From assembly GCA_964372615.1 (NCBI GenBank), contig CAYJTX010000001.1, forward strand, positions 1 to 40,151: a stretch of DNA of 40,151 bases, written 5' to 3'. The DNA comes from an uncultured Bacteriovoracaceae bacterium. Lineage in GTDB: Bacteria; Bdellovibrionota; UBA1018. The notes beneath the pieces are model-generated. The model ran no database searches. It saw only the letters and a program-made list of their open reading frames with translations, and was not told the DNA's origin. Position 1 is the stretch's first letter. Every line of letters begins with the position of its first letter. Below are positions 25,277 through 33,006 of the stretch, one piece after another. The translations under genes were made by a program, and so were the position numbers.

Positions 25277-27361
25277 ATGAAGCTCATTTCTCGGAAACTC
25301 GGTGCAGGTCTTTCTCTGGCGGCGTTCCTGGCCGCACAACTCACGGCTTTCGCCCCCTCGGCCCTGGCTGATGTCGGGCCCAGGCGCTGGGTGCTCGGCG
25401 GCTACCTGCCGTCTGCGCCGACCCAGAAGGTCTACGTGACGATCGAAGGCAAGAGGATCAAGTCCGTCGACCGAGCGGCGCCCGCCTCGGGCACCACGCT
25501 CGTCGACACGAACGACCTCATCTTCCCGGGCCTCGTCGACATGCACAGCCACGTGAAATACAATATCCTGCCCCTCTGGGACCTGGCCCTCGGCCAGTTC
25601 ACGAACCGCTTCGAGTGGCGCCAGAAGTTCGCGGCATATAAGGACGCCGTGAGCTTCAACATGAAGCCCATCAAGGGCGACACGGTCTGCGCGGCCGTGC
25701 GCTGGGCGGAAGTGAAGGCCCTTACCGGCGGCGTGACCGCCATCCAGGGCATCGGCGGCGACGCCAAGTGCGCCAAGGACTTCGGTATCCACAACCTCGA
25801 GATCCCAGGCGAGTTCGAGAACCGCCAGAAGATCCGCGGCATGACCGACATGATCATGCCCGGGCTGATCGGCTCGGTCTTCGAACCCATGATCGCCCCC
25901 CACATGCGCGGAGCCGTGACCTACGAACAAGCCTACGGACGCATGCTCGAGGAGCAGGGCGTGACGGACTGGGTGGAGTCGTTCAAGAGCAAGTCGCACA
26001 CCGTCAAGAACGGCATCGACCTCATGATCGGAAAGACCGTGAACGTCTCGGGCGACACGGTCGCCGCGTTCGACGGCGTGAAGGGCAACCTCGCGACGCT
26101 CCTCGCGGCCGCCCCTTTCAACCTCAACGAGAAGGCCATCGACAAGCAGATCGAAAACATGAAGATATGGCTCTTCGGCAAGGCCGGAGCCCCGGGCTTC
26201 CTGCGCGCCGCCCAGACGGACGCGAAGGCCTACGAGTTCCTCTCCAAGGGCGGCGTCCTCACGGTCGCAAGCTCCGTTCGCCGCTACATCGGCATGTTCG
26301 AGGACTCGGTCCGCAAGAGCGCGCTCGAGTACTTCGCCCAGCCCGACAAGCTCGCGATCGTCGCTCACCTCTCCGAGGGGATGCGCACGGACGCCTACAA
26401 CAAGGCCGAGTTCCAGTACGCGAAGAAGTACGGCCTGGTGCAAGACGGCCTCGTGATCATCCACGGCGTCGGAATGGACGCCGCGGACCTCCGCGAAGCC
26501 AAGCGCCAGAACGTGTCAGTCGTCTGGTCGCCGTTCTCGAACCTGCTGCTCTACGGCGAGACGCTCGACGTCGCGGCCGCCAAGACCGCGGGCGTGAACC
26601 TGGCCATCGGAGCCGACTGGACGCCGACCGGCAGCAAGACCCTGCTCGACGAGCTCGGCCTCGCCAAGCGCTACCTCAAGAAGAAGAACATCCGCGGCAT
26701 CACCGACCAGAACCTGGTCGAGATGGCCACGGTCAACGCGGCCAAGGCGCTCAAGCGCGAGAGCGTGATCGGCCGGGTGGCCGAGAACTTCCAGGCCGAC
26801 CTCATGCTCGTGAAGAAGAAGGCCGGCAAGAACGCCTACACCACGCTCGTCACGGCGACTCAGGGCGAAGTGACCCTCACCGTCGTGCAGGGCGAGCCCC
26901 TCTACGGCGACAAGGCCACGATCGAGAGCGTCGCGGCCTCCTTCGGCGACTCGCGCCGGCCCGAGACGCTTCCGCGCGGAGCGGGCGCCTCGAGCTGCCG
27001 GTTCCAGAAGGCGATCCGCCTGCCGTTCAACAGCGATTATGACGAGTCGCTGGGCAGCCGCCTCGACCTGCTCACGGTCGCCGGCATCCAATCCGAGCTC
27101 GAGACGAAGATGGGCGCCTACGCCGACGACGTCCGGACCCGCGGCAACCCGCGCGAGATCCGGAACCTCGCGACGCTGGACACCCTCTACACCTGCCAGG
27201 ACAGCAAGTACGCCTCGCGCTTCGCGGAGTTCATCGAGAAGGAAATCGACGAGAACGCCGCCAACCGCGCGACCGTTCGCACGGACGCCCGGCTCTTCAG
27301 TACGTGGAGCCCGGTCACCGGCAGCGTCGAAGAGGAAGGCGACGGGCACGAGAACGAGTAG
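25277..27361 (+). CDS. Exported metal-dependent amidohydrolase-superfamily protein (694 aa)
   Basis: The signal peptide is MKLISRKLGAGLSLAAFLAAQLTAFAPSALA. The HxH metal motif is GLVDMHSHV. Later ligand-like positions are VAHLSEG, VIIHGVG and LAIGADWT. A long C-terminal extension follows. Confidence 0.7.
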   Translation: MKLISRKLGAGLSLAAFLAAQLTAFAPSALADVGPRRWVLGGYLPSAPTQKVYVTIEGKRIKSVDRAAPASGTTLVDTNDLIFPGLVDMHSHVKYNILPLWDLALGQFTNRFEWRQKFAAYKDAVSFNMKPIKGDTVCAAVRWAEVKALTGGVTAIQGIGGDAKCAKDFGIHNLEIPGEFENRQKIRGMTDMIMPGLIGSVFEPMIAPHMRGAVTYEQAYGRMLEEQGVTDWVESFKSKSHTVKNGIDLMIGKTVNVSGDTVAAFDGVKGNLATLLAAAPFNLNEKAIDKQIENMKIWLFGKAGAPGFLRAAQTDAKAYEFLSKGGVLTVASSVRRYIGMFEDSVRKSALEYFAQPDKLAIVAHLSEGMRTDAYNKAEFQYAKKYGLVQDGLVIIHGVGMDAADLREAKRQNVSVVWSPFSNLLLYGETLDVAAAKTAGVNLAIGADWTPTGSKTLLDELGLAKRYLKKKNIRGITDQNLVEMATVNAAKALKRESVIGRVAENFQADLMLVKKKAGKNAYTTLVTATQGEVTLTVVQGEPLYGDKATIESVAASFGDSRRPETLPRGAGASSCRFQKAIRLPFNSDYDESLGSRLDLLTVAGIQSELETKMGAYADDVRTRGNPREIRNLATLDTLYTCQDSKYASRFAEFIEKEIDENAANRATVRTDARLFSTWSPVTGSVEEEGDGHENE

Positions 27362-27396
27362 CGCCAGGGCTGTAAATACATAATATATATAATAAT

Positions 27397-27428
27397 AAGG
27401 CCCCACAGCGATGTGGGGCCTTTCTCTT
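27397..27428 (+). terminator. Rho-independent-type terminator after the amidohydrolase gene
   Basis: AAGGCCCCAC-agcgat-GTGGGGCCTT is a 10-bp perfect stem followed by TCTCTT. A striking AT-only tract lies just upstream (27371-27396). Confidence 0.65.
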
Positions 27429-27561
27429 GAACCTGAACTTGACTAATTCAATCAACAACTGATAAGGTCCCACCCGGTCGTCGAGGGATGGCCAGCCCGA
27501 TCTGCCCACCGGGCCGAACCCTGCCGAACCGAAAGGTTCGCCGGAAGAAGAGGTAGCAGTC

Positions 27562-30000
27562 ATGAAACGGTCTGGGCAGATTTTGGCTTCAGTGAGTATT
27601 GCCGGCGCGCTTGCCGCGGTCGCGGCCTGCGGACAAAACCCCCACCTCCTTCAGGATCCGGCGGCCCTCGAGGAGGCGCAGCAGGGATCCATTCCGAGAG
27701 GGAGCGAAATTCCTCCCGTCCGCATCCCCGAACCAGCGCCAGGCCCCGATCAGCCCGCGCCCGTCCCCGCCCCGACCGGCGAAACTCCCGCGAGCGAACC
27801 GCGCGTGATCGTCTCGCCCGTCTACATCGACGTTCCGGGCCCGACGATCATCGTCTACCAGCCGTCTCCCGTTCCCATCGAAGTTCCAGTCATCGTGACC
27901 GTTCCCGGACCCGGCGTCACCGGCCCGACCGGCCCGACCGGCGCGTCGGCCGCTCCGGCCATCGACGGAACCGACGGCCAGGTCGGCGCGACAGGCCTGG
28001 CCTGCGCCGACGACGAGACCGCGTACTACGAGGCGAGCGCCCGCGTGCGCCCTCTCTACACGGATGAAGCGGCCGCCATCGTACTCCCGTACCGGACGAC
28101 GCACGATCGGCGTGACGTTCCCTCCAGTCGCCGCAAGCGCCTCTACACGCGCCCGCTCGGAGAACTCCGCAAGATGGACTCGACCGACAACAAGTTCGGC
28201 CTCGTGACGGACGCCTCCGGCCAGAACCGCTATCCCTGGGTCCAGAACTCCCAGGTGCCGTTCGCGGTCGAGCTGACAGACATCCCCCCGCACGAGACGC
28301 TCGTGAACAACGGGCTCGAGTACATGGACCTCGCCATCGAGCTCACGAAAGTCGGCAAGGAGCGCAATTATCTCGAAACCGAGATCCTCTGCCTCCTGAA
28401 CGAGAAGATCTGCTCGGGCTACCGCGTCGGCGAATCTCGCGCAGTGGCACACCGGGACGCGAGCTGGTCGAGCACCTTCAACCCCGACTTCTGGGGCGCG
28501 CGCGGCCCGGCGAATCCGTACTTCGGCGACAACCTCGCCGCCCGCGAGGTCGGACGCGTGAGCGGAGGCGACAAGGTGTTCTTCCTGGAAGGGCGCCTGC
28601 CGTTCGCCGAGCTCATCCGCGGATCGGACGTCAGTCACCCGCTCGACCTGATCTACGTCAGCACGCCGCCGGCCGGCGCCGGCTGGATCGAGAAGAAGAT
28701 CCTCTACTTCGCGGTCGGCGACGACACGATCATCGACAGCCTCGACACGAAGCTCGAGATCAAGTTCCGGTACCAGTCGTGCCGGGCCCGAAAGCTGCGC
28801 CACCCCGCGCTTCGCCCAGCGCCCGTCGTGGCACCGCCGGTCGAAGTGCCGCCGGTCGCCGCGCTCGCGCGCGGTCCCGCGTCCGTCAGCCTGCAGACCC
28901 TGCAGCCGACGGCCAACTCGAGCTACGTGCTGACGGAGGACGCCCTCCTGCGCACGGCCCCGATGAATCCGTCGTGGACCGGCCCGAGGCTCCTGCTCGG
29001 CGTGCAGTACAACCTGCTTGACGACGCCCTCGTCGAGCTGAACGCGAAGCGCACGGAACGCACGGCCGTCGTCGTCGACGCGATCCACACGCTCGACATC
29101 TCGGCCGCGGTCTCGGTGCGGCGCCAGCTGACTCTCGCGCTCCTCGCGCCTCTCAACCTCCAGAAGGCGACTGGCAGTGCCGAGCGATTTGGCCTCGGTG
29201 ACTTCCGGGTGCTCACCAAGTGGCGCCTCTCGGACGACGACGCGCTCGTCGCCTGGACCCTGATTCCGGAGGTCCGGCTCCCCACGGGAAGCCGCGAGCT
29301 TCTGCTCTCCAACGGATCCTGGGGAGCGGGGCTGCTCGTGGCCGTGGAACGGGACTTCGGCGACCTGATCGCCTCGGCGAATTTCGGATACCGCCACACG
29401 CCCGGAGCCAGGATGGGTGGAATGGACTTCCGCAACCAGATTCCGCTCGCGCTTGGCGCATACCTGCCTTTCAGCGACACCTGGGCCATGAACGTCGAGG
29501 CCGGCGGAGCCATCAGCTTTCCGATCGACCAGTACAACAATCCCGGTGAGCTCTACCTCGGAGCCCGCCACCAGGCCTCGCGCGAAGTCTCGCTCGTCGC
29601 TGGATTCAGCATCGGAAGTCTGAGTGACCGAGGCAGCGGCGACGTCCGCTTCGTCGCCGGCGTGCGCTTCGCACCCACTCCCGAGCCCGCGCTGCCGGAT
29701 GTGAGACCGGTCGCCCCGGTGGTCGTGGCGCCCATCGCTGCGCCCGTGGTCCAGGATAAAATCCAGTCGCACCGCGCGGCGCCCGTCAAGATCGCGAAAC
29801 AGGCCCCCAAGAAGAAGCTCGGCAAGAAGCGCCAGAAGAAGGCGCTCGCCCTACGAGCGGAGCGGCCGGAGCGTCACGCCCCGATCACCATCCAGATCCA
29901 GAACGTGAACCAGGCTGCGTCGCACTCGGCCGCCGCCCACGCGCCGGACTCAGCCGCGCCCGCGCAGCCCGCTCCAGCTCCTACCTCCGCACTTCGCTAA
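27562..30000 (+). CDS. Large lipoprotein: Pro-rich/collagen-like linker, unknown central domain, C-terminal beta-barrel-like domain, Pro/Lys-rich tail
   Basis: The lipobox is SIAGALAAVAAC. The linker is Pro-rich with GVTGPTGPTG. The C-terminal region carries FGLGDFRVLTKWRL...EVRLPTGS...GYRH..., which resembles the outer-membrane MetA-type (Phenol_MetA_deg-like) beta-barrel signature GlGD...k...lPTG. The terminal tail is KIAKQAPKKKLGKKRQKK. Confidence 0.6.
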   Translation: MKRSGQILASVSIAGALAAVAACGQNPHLLQDPAALEEAQQGSIPRGSEIPPVRIPEPAPGPDQPAPVPAPTGETPASEPRVIVSPVYIDVPGPTIIVYQPSPVPIEVPVIVTVPGPGVTGPTGPTGASAAPAIDGTDGQVGATGLACADDETAYYEASARVRPLYTDEAAAIVLPYRTTHDRRDVPSSRRKRLYTRPLGELRKMDSTDNKFGLVTDASGQNRYPWVQNSQVPFAVELTDIPPHETLVNNGLEYMDLAIELTKVGKERNYLETEILCLLNEKICSGYRVGESRAVAHRDASWSSTFNPDFWGARGPANPYFGDNLAAREVGRVSGGDKVFFLEGRLPFAELIRGSDVSHPLDLIYVSTPPAGAGWIEKKILYFAVGDDTIIDSLDTKLEIKFRYQSCRARKLRHPALRPAPVVAPPVEVPPVAALARGPASVSLQTLQPTANSSYVLTEDALLRTAPMNPSWTGPRLLLGVQYNLLDDALVELNAKRTERTAVVVDAIHTLDISAAVSVRRQLTLALLAPLNLQKATGSAERFGLGDFRVLTKWRLSDDDALVAWTLIPEVRLPTGSRELLLSNGSWGAGLLVAVERDFGDLIASANFGYRHTPGARMGGMDFRNQIPLALGAYLPFSDTWAMNVEAGGAISFPIDQYNNPGELYLGARHQASREVSLVAGFSIGSLSDRGSGDVRFVAGVRFAPTPEPALPDVRPVAPVVVAPIAAPVVQDKIQSHRAAPVKIAKQAPKKKLGKKRQKKALALRAERPERHAPITIQIQNVNQAASHSAAAHAPDSAAPAQPAPAPTSALR

Positions 30001-30073
30001 ACGTTTTCGACGGCCGTAACGACGACCCTTTCGATTGCCTTGCCACGTGTTATCTTGGGCTGGGAGAAATCCT

Positions 30074-30328
30074 ATGATCCACAAAAGAACCGTGTCGTAC
30101 TCGGGAAAAACTTACGAGGTGAGAAGGCTCTACAGCTCGGGCGTTGGGGAACAGTTCTCAGCGCATTTCCGTGACGGCTCGGGCGCCGAGAAGACGCTTC
30201 ATCTCACGGATGCGTCCGAGAAGGGTTCGCCGCTCGAAGCCGGTCTATTCGAGGCCTGCCGGAGCGCCTTTGCGAACTTCAACTCACTGAACAAGACTTT
30301 AAACCACCCAGGCCAGGATTCGGGATAG
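30074..30328 (+). CDS. Small hypothetical protein (84 aa)
   Basis: The ATG at 30074 has GGGAGA 7 nt upstream. GC3 is high. It overlaps the 3' end of the convergent RCC1 ORF by 130 bp. The third codon positions of the two frames coincide, so GC3 cannot discriminate between them. Confidence 0.4.
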   Translation: MIHKRTVSYSGKTYEVRRLYSSGVGEQFSAHFRDGSGAEKTLHLTDASEKGSPLEAGLFEACRSAFANFNSLNKTLNHPGQDSG

Positions 30329-31332
30329 ACCCGGACCTCGAGGGCGCCGGAGATGCCCTCGACGAGAGCAGGCTCCCCCAGCCCCGAACGGCAGGCGACC
30401 CGAGCCTCTACGACGGCGCAGGCCGATCGCGGGCCGATGTCGACTCCCTCGGATCCGATCCAGTCCAGACCGAGGCCGAAATCCTGCAGGCGGTTCGAGC
30501 CCCAGCAGCGAACCGCCGGCCCGCCCGCGGTTCGCATTCCGGCCGCGCACGACGCCCCATCGATCATTCGTAGCGAAGCTGTCTCACCGAGGCCCGTCGA
30601 TATTCTGAGAAAGCGGCCCGAATCGCCGCTCCCGCCTGAGACGAGTCCTCCTGTCGCGAGAGCCGGACGGCCCCAGCAGATGAGGTCGGGAGCCGCTCCG
30701 CTCCGAATCACGCATGTAGACGTTTCACCTGCGGACAGGTGCGCAAGCCCTTCGGCCTTCTTGTCCGCGACAGACCAGGGAATCTCGACCGCCACCGATA
30801 CCGGCTCGGTCGGAGACGTGCCGAGCACCGATCCCGTCACCTGCCACGAAAGGTTCTGGCCCCAGCACCAAACGCGCGAACCCGAGGCCGCACAGGCGTG
30901 CCTGGCTCCCACCGCGATGCGATCCACCGCCGCAAGTACCTGACCCTCTGATCCCAGCACCCGACGAGGCTCAGGCTGCGAGCCGGCATCGCCAGTGCCC
31001 AGGCGTCCATCATCCGCTGAGCCCCAGCACGCGACGGTCCCGTCGCCGAGAAGCGCGCATGCGTGGGTGTCTCCCACTCCGATCTCGGTCGCTCGATCCG
31101 GCAGCGCGATGGCGCGGGCGCTCCAGGCGGTTCCCGATTCCCCGCCCCAGTAGCTCAGGTCGTCGCCCCAGCAAAGTACCGTGCCGTCCAAACGCAGAGC
31201 GCAGGTTCGAAAACGGCCGGCGTCGAGCTCCGGTTGCAGAGAGTGAGCCGGGGCAGACTGCTGACCATCCTTGAAGTCCACAGTGTGTGGATTTGAGGCC
31301 CGACCAGAGGACTGCTCAGAGGCGAAGTCCAC
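30199..31332 (-). CDS. RCC1-repeat (beta-propeller) protein; both ends uncertain
   Basis: The blade signatures repeat: CALRLDGTVLCWGDD, HACALLGDGTVACWGSADDGRLG, HACAASGSRVWCWGQN, TCVIRSGAAPDLICWG, CAAGMRTAGGPAVRCWGSN. The tracked GTG start at 31332 lies inside a REP palindrome, and no signal peptide is present. Confidence 0.65.
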   Translation of the reverse strand: MDFASEQSSGRASNPHTVDFKDGQQSAPAHSLQPELDAGRFRTCALRLDGTVLCWGDDLSYWGGESGTAWSARAIALPDRATEIGVGDTHACALLGDGTVACWGSADDGRLGTGDAGSQPEPRRVLGSEGQVLAAVDRIAVGARHACAASGSRVWCWGQNLSWQVTGSVLGTSPTEPVSVAVEIPWSVADKKAEGLAHLSAGETSTCVIRSGAAPDLICWGRPALATGGLVSGGSGDSGRFLRISTGLGETASLRMIDGASCAAGMRTAGGPAVRCWGSNRLQDFGLGLDWIGSEGVDIGPRSACAVVEARVACRSGLGEPALVEGISGALEVRVYPESWPGWFKVLFSELKFAKALRQASNRPASSGEPFSDASVR

Positions 31333-31345
31333 GTAATGTGGACTT
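31274..31345. repeat. REPIN-like doublet, copy L2
   Basis: The palindromes are AAGTCCAC-agtgt-GTGGATTT (31274-31294) and AAGTCCAC-gtaat-GTGGACTT (31325-31345). They are offset by exactly 51 bp, as in L1 and L3. Confidence 0.85.
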
Positions 31346-31471
31346 CAGACGTTGGCTCTTACCTGGATCTGTTCTCAATCCAGCCGAGAGTAGACAGGTG
31401 AAGCGCGCCTCCGCCGCGATATGCGCCGATCTTTTAGGAGTACTCAGGAGGCCTTCCAGGCCCGGCCCCAC

Positions 31472-32773
31472 ATGGCAGGGTACATCAAGCGAGCGGCCCT
31501 GCGCGCCGAGGAGCACAACCGGCCGATGCAGACTTTCAAGTCCGGGGGCGAGCTGACGGTCGACTCCATGAAAGTGACCGAGACCGCGCTGCTCGAGCGC
31601 GCGCTCGCCGAGCACCGCACCGGCGCGAAGTACGCCAACTCGAAGTGGTACGACAAGGTCGGCCGCTTCGTCCTTCCTGACTACCCGTACGTGAAGCGCA
31701 TCGTGGAATTCAACGAGGACCCGCGCAAGATCGTCCACCTTTCGGAGCAGGCCGACTCCCCCTTCTGCGACGCGCTCAAATGGGACAAGGGCAGGCTCGA
31801 CCCCGAGGCCGAGGCCGCGCTGACCGAGGCGATCGCCGACACGGGCGACAAGCTCAAGAAGACCCGCAAGGAGCTGCTGCGGGTGTACGGCTGGGAGGTC
31901 TCCGTCAACGAACCGCTCAAGGTTGGCGACTTTCGCGTACGCGAGGTCGCGGGAAGGCTCGAGGGCCTGGAACCCGACCATCGGTTTGCGGGCGTCGCGC
32001 GCGAATCCGAGAAGGCCATGGACGTGCTCGACGGGCAGCTCGAGCGCGTGCGCGGCGGCAAGCGCCCTAGGGAGGAGTGCCACAGCTATTACCCCAGCCT
32101 TCCGACGGCCACGCGGTGCCGGAGCCGGAGCGTCCCAAGAAAAAGTGGAAGAAGTAGCGGACGAATTGAATTCCCGCCGCGCCTGGGCTTTGATGGGGCG
32201 ATGGCACTCCTCGAATCGAAGAAGCTTGAGCTCGGAATGATCGCGCCGGATTTCGACCTGCCGAGTACCGACGGAAAGAGCTATCGTATCTCTTCCTTCA
32301 GCGACGCGAAGGCTCTCGTCGTGATCTTCATGTGCAACCACTGCCCCTACGTCGTCGCCGTCCAGGGCAGGATCGCGGCGCTTGCGAAGGAGTACCAGGC
32401 GCGCGGGGTGCGGCTCGTCGGAATCAACCCGAACGACTCGGTGAAGTACCCCGACGACAGCTTCGATGCGATGAAAGGTCGCGCGAAGGAGCAGGGATAT
32501 GTCTTCCCGTACCTTCGCGACGAGAGCCAGGACGTCGCCCGCGCCTACGACGCGGTCTGTACTCCCGACATCTACGCCTTTGAGAACGCGGGCTCGAATG
32601 CGGGCCGCTTTCTGCTCCGCTATCACGGGCGCCTCGACGACAGCTGGAAGGACCCGGCGGCGGTAAAGCGCCGCGAGCTCGCGCTGGCGCTCGACGCGAT
32701 CCTCGCGGGCATGCCCGTTCCGCAGGAGCAGATACCCTCCATGGGCTGCAGCATCAAGTGGCTGCAGCAGTAA
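31472..32773 (+). CDS. As assembled, one uninterrupted ORF: unknown ~200-aa N-terminal protein, low-GC3 linker, then thioredoxin-like domain (probably two genes merged by an indel)
   Basis: There is no stop in this frame from 31421 to 32773. GC3 is strong for 31472-~32060 and again from 32201. It collapses in 32130-32170 (cca aga aaa agt gga aga agt), while the +2 frame there reads ccc aag aaa aag tgg aag aag TAG (stop 32155-32157). The start is ambiguous (31421, 31472 or 31526). Confidence 0.45.
   Translation: MAGYIKRAALRAEEHNRPMQTFKSGGELTVDSMKVTETALLERALAEHRTGAKYANSKWYDKVGRFVLPDYPYVKRIVEFNEDPRKIVHLSEQADSPFCDALKWDKGRLDPEAEAALTEAIADTGDKLKKTRKELLRVYGWEVSVNEPLKVGDFRVREVAGRLEGLEPDHRFAGVARESEKAMDVLDGQLERVRGGKRPREECHSYYPSLPTATRCRSRSVPRKSGRSSGRIEFPPRLGFDGAMALLESKKLELGMIAPDFDLPSTDGKSYRISSFSDAKALVVIFMCNHCPYVVAVQGRIAALAKEYQARGVRLVGINPNDSVKYPDDSFDAMKGRAKEQGYVFPYLRDESQDVARAYDAVCTPDIYAFENAGSNAGRFLLRYHGRLDDSWKDPAAVKRRELALALDAILAGMPVPQEQIPSMGCSIKWLQQ
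32201..32773 (+). CDS. Thioredoxin-fold protein of the AhpC/TSA-redoxin type (CNHC active site); alternative stand-alone gene model
   Basis: The sequence is MALLESKKLELGMIAPDFDLPSTDGKSYRISSFSDAKALVVIFMCNHCPYV...VRLVGINPND...YVFPYLRDESQDVARAYDAVCTPDIY. This is a typical thiol-disulfide oxidoreductase layout of 190 aa. Confidence 0.75.
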   Translation: MALLESKKLELGMIAPDFDLPSTDGKSYRISSFSDAKALVVIFMCNHCPYVVAVQGRIAALAKEYQARGVRLVGINPNDSVKYPDDSFDAMKGRAKEQGYVFPYLRDESQDVARAYDAVCTPDIYAFENAGSNAGRFLLRYHGRLDDSWKDPAAVKRRELALALDAILAGMPVPQEQIPSMGCSIKWLQQ

Positions 32774-33006
32774 AAACCCGGCTCGACCGGCTCCACGAGC
32801 TCAAGACCGTCCACGCGGACTTCGCGATCATCGCGCGCCTCGCGGGTGACGGCTACCGCTTCGACGACGCCGACGCGCCCGCGGTCCGCGAGCAGCTTCG
32901 GAAAGCGGTGCGGCTCCTGGGCGAGGAGATCGACCGCCTGGAGGCGGAGTGGAGAGCCGACCCGAAGGCGGCGCTCATGACGAAGCCCAGAGCTCCCACA
33001 AAGTGA
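32758..33006 (+). CDS. Small hypothetical protein (82 aa, helical)
   Basis: The GTG start overlaps the end of the previous gene. GC3 is very high. The stop overlaps the next start (GTGA). Confidence 0.45.
   Translation: MAAAVKTRLDRLHELKTVHADFAIIARLAGDGYRFDDADAPAVREQLRKAVRLLGEEIDRLEAEWRADPKAALMTKPRAPTK

Noticed and set aside
32076-32157. An independent 27-codon micro-ORF (GTG 32076, MPQLLPQPSDGHAVPEPERPKKKWKK) behind the strong GGGAGGAG.
   Set aside because: The GTG overlaps the SD itself, so there is no spacer. The high-GC3 signal is explained more simply as the displaced true C-terminus of the upstream gene (see the frameshift finding).
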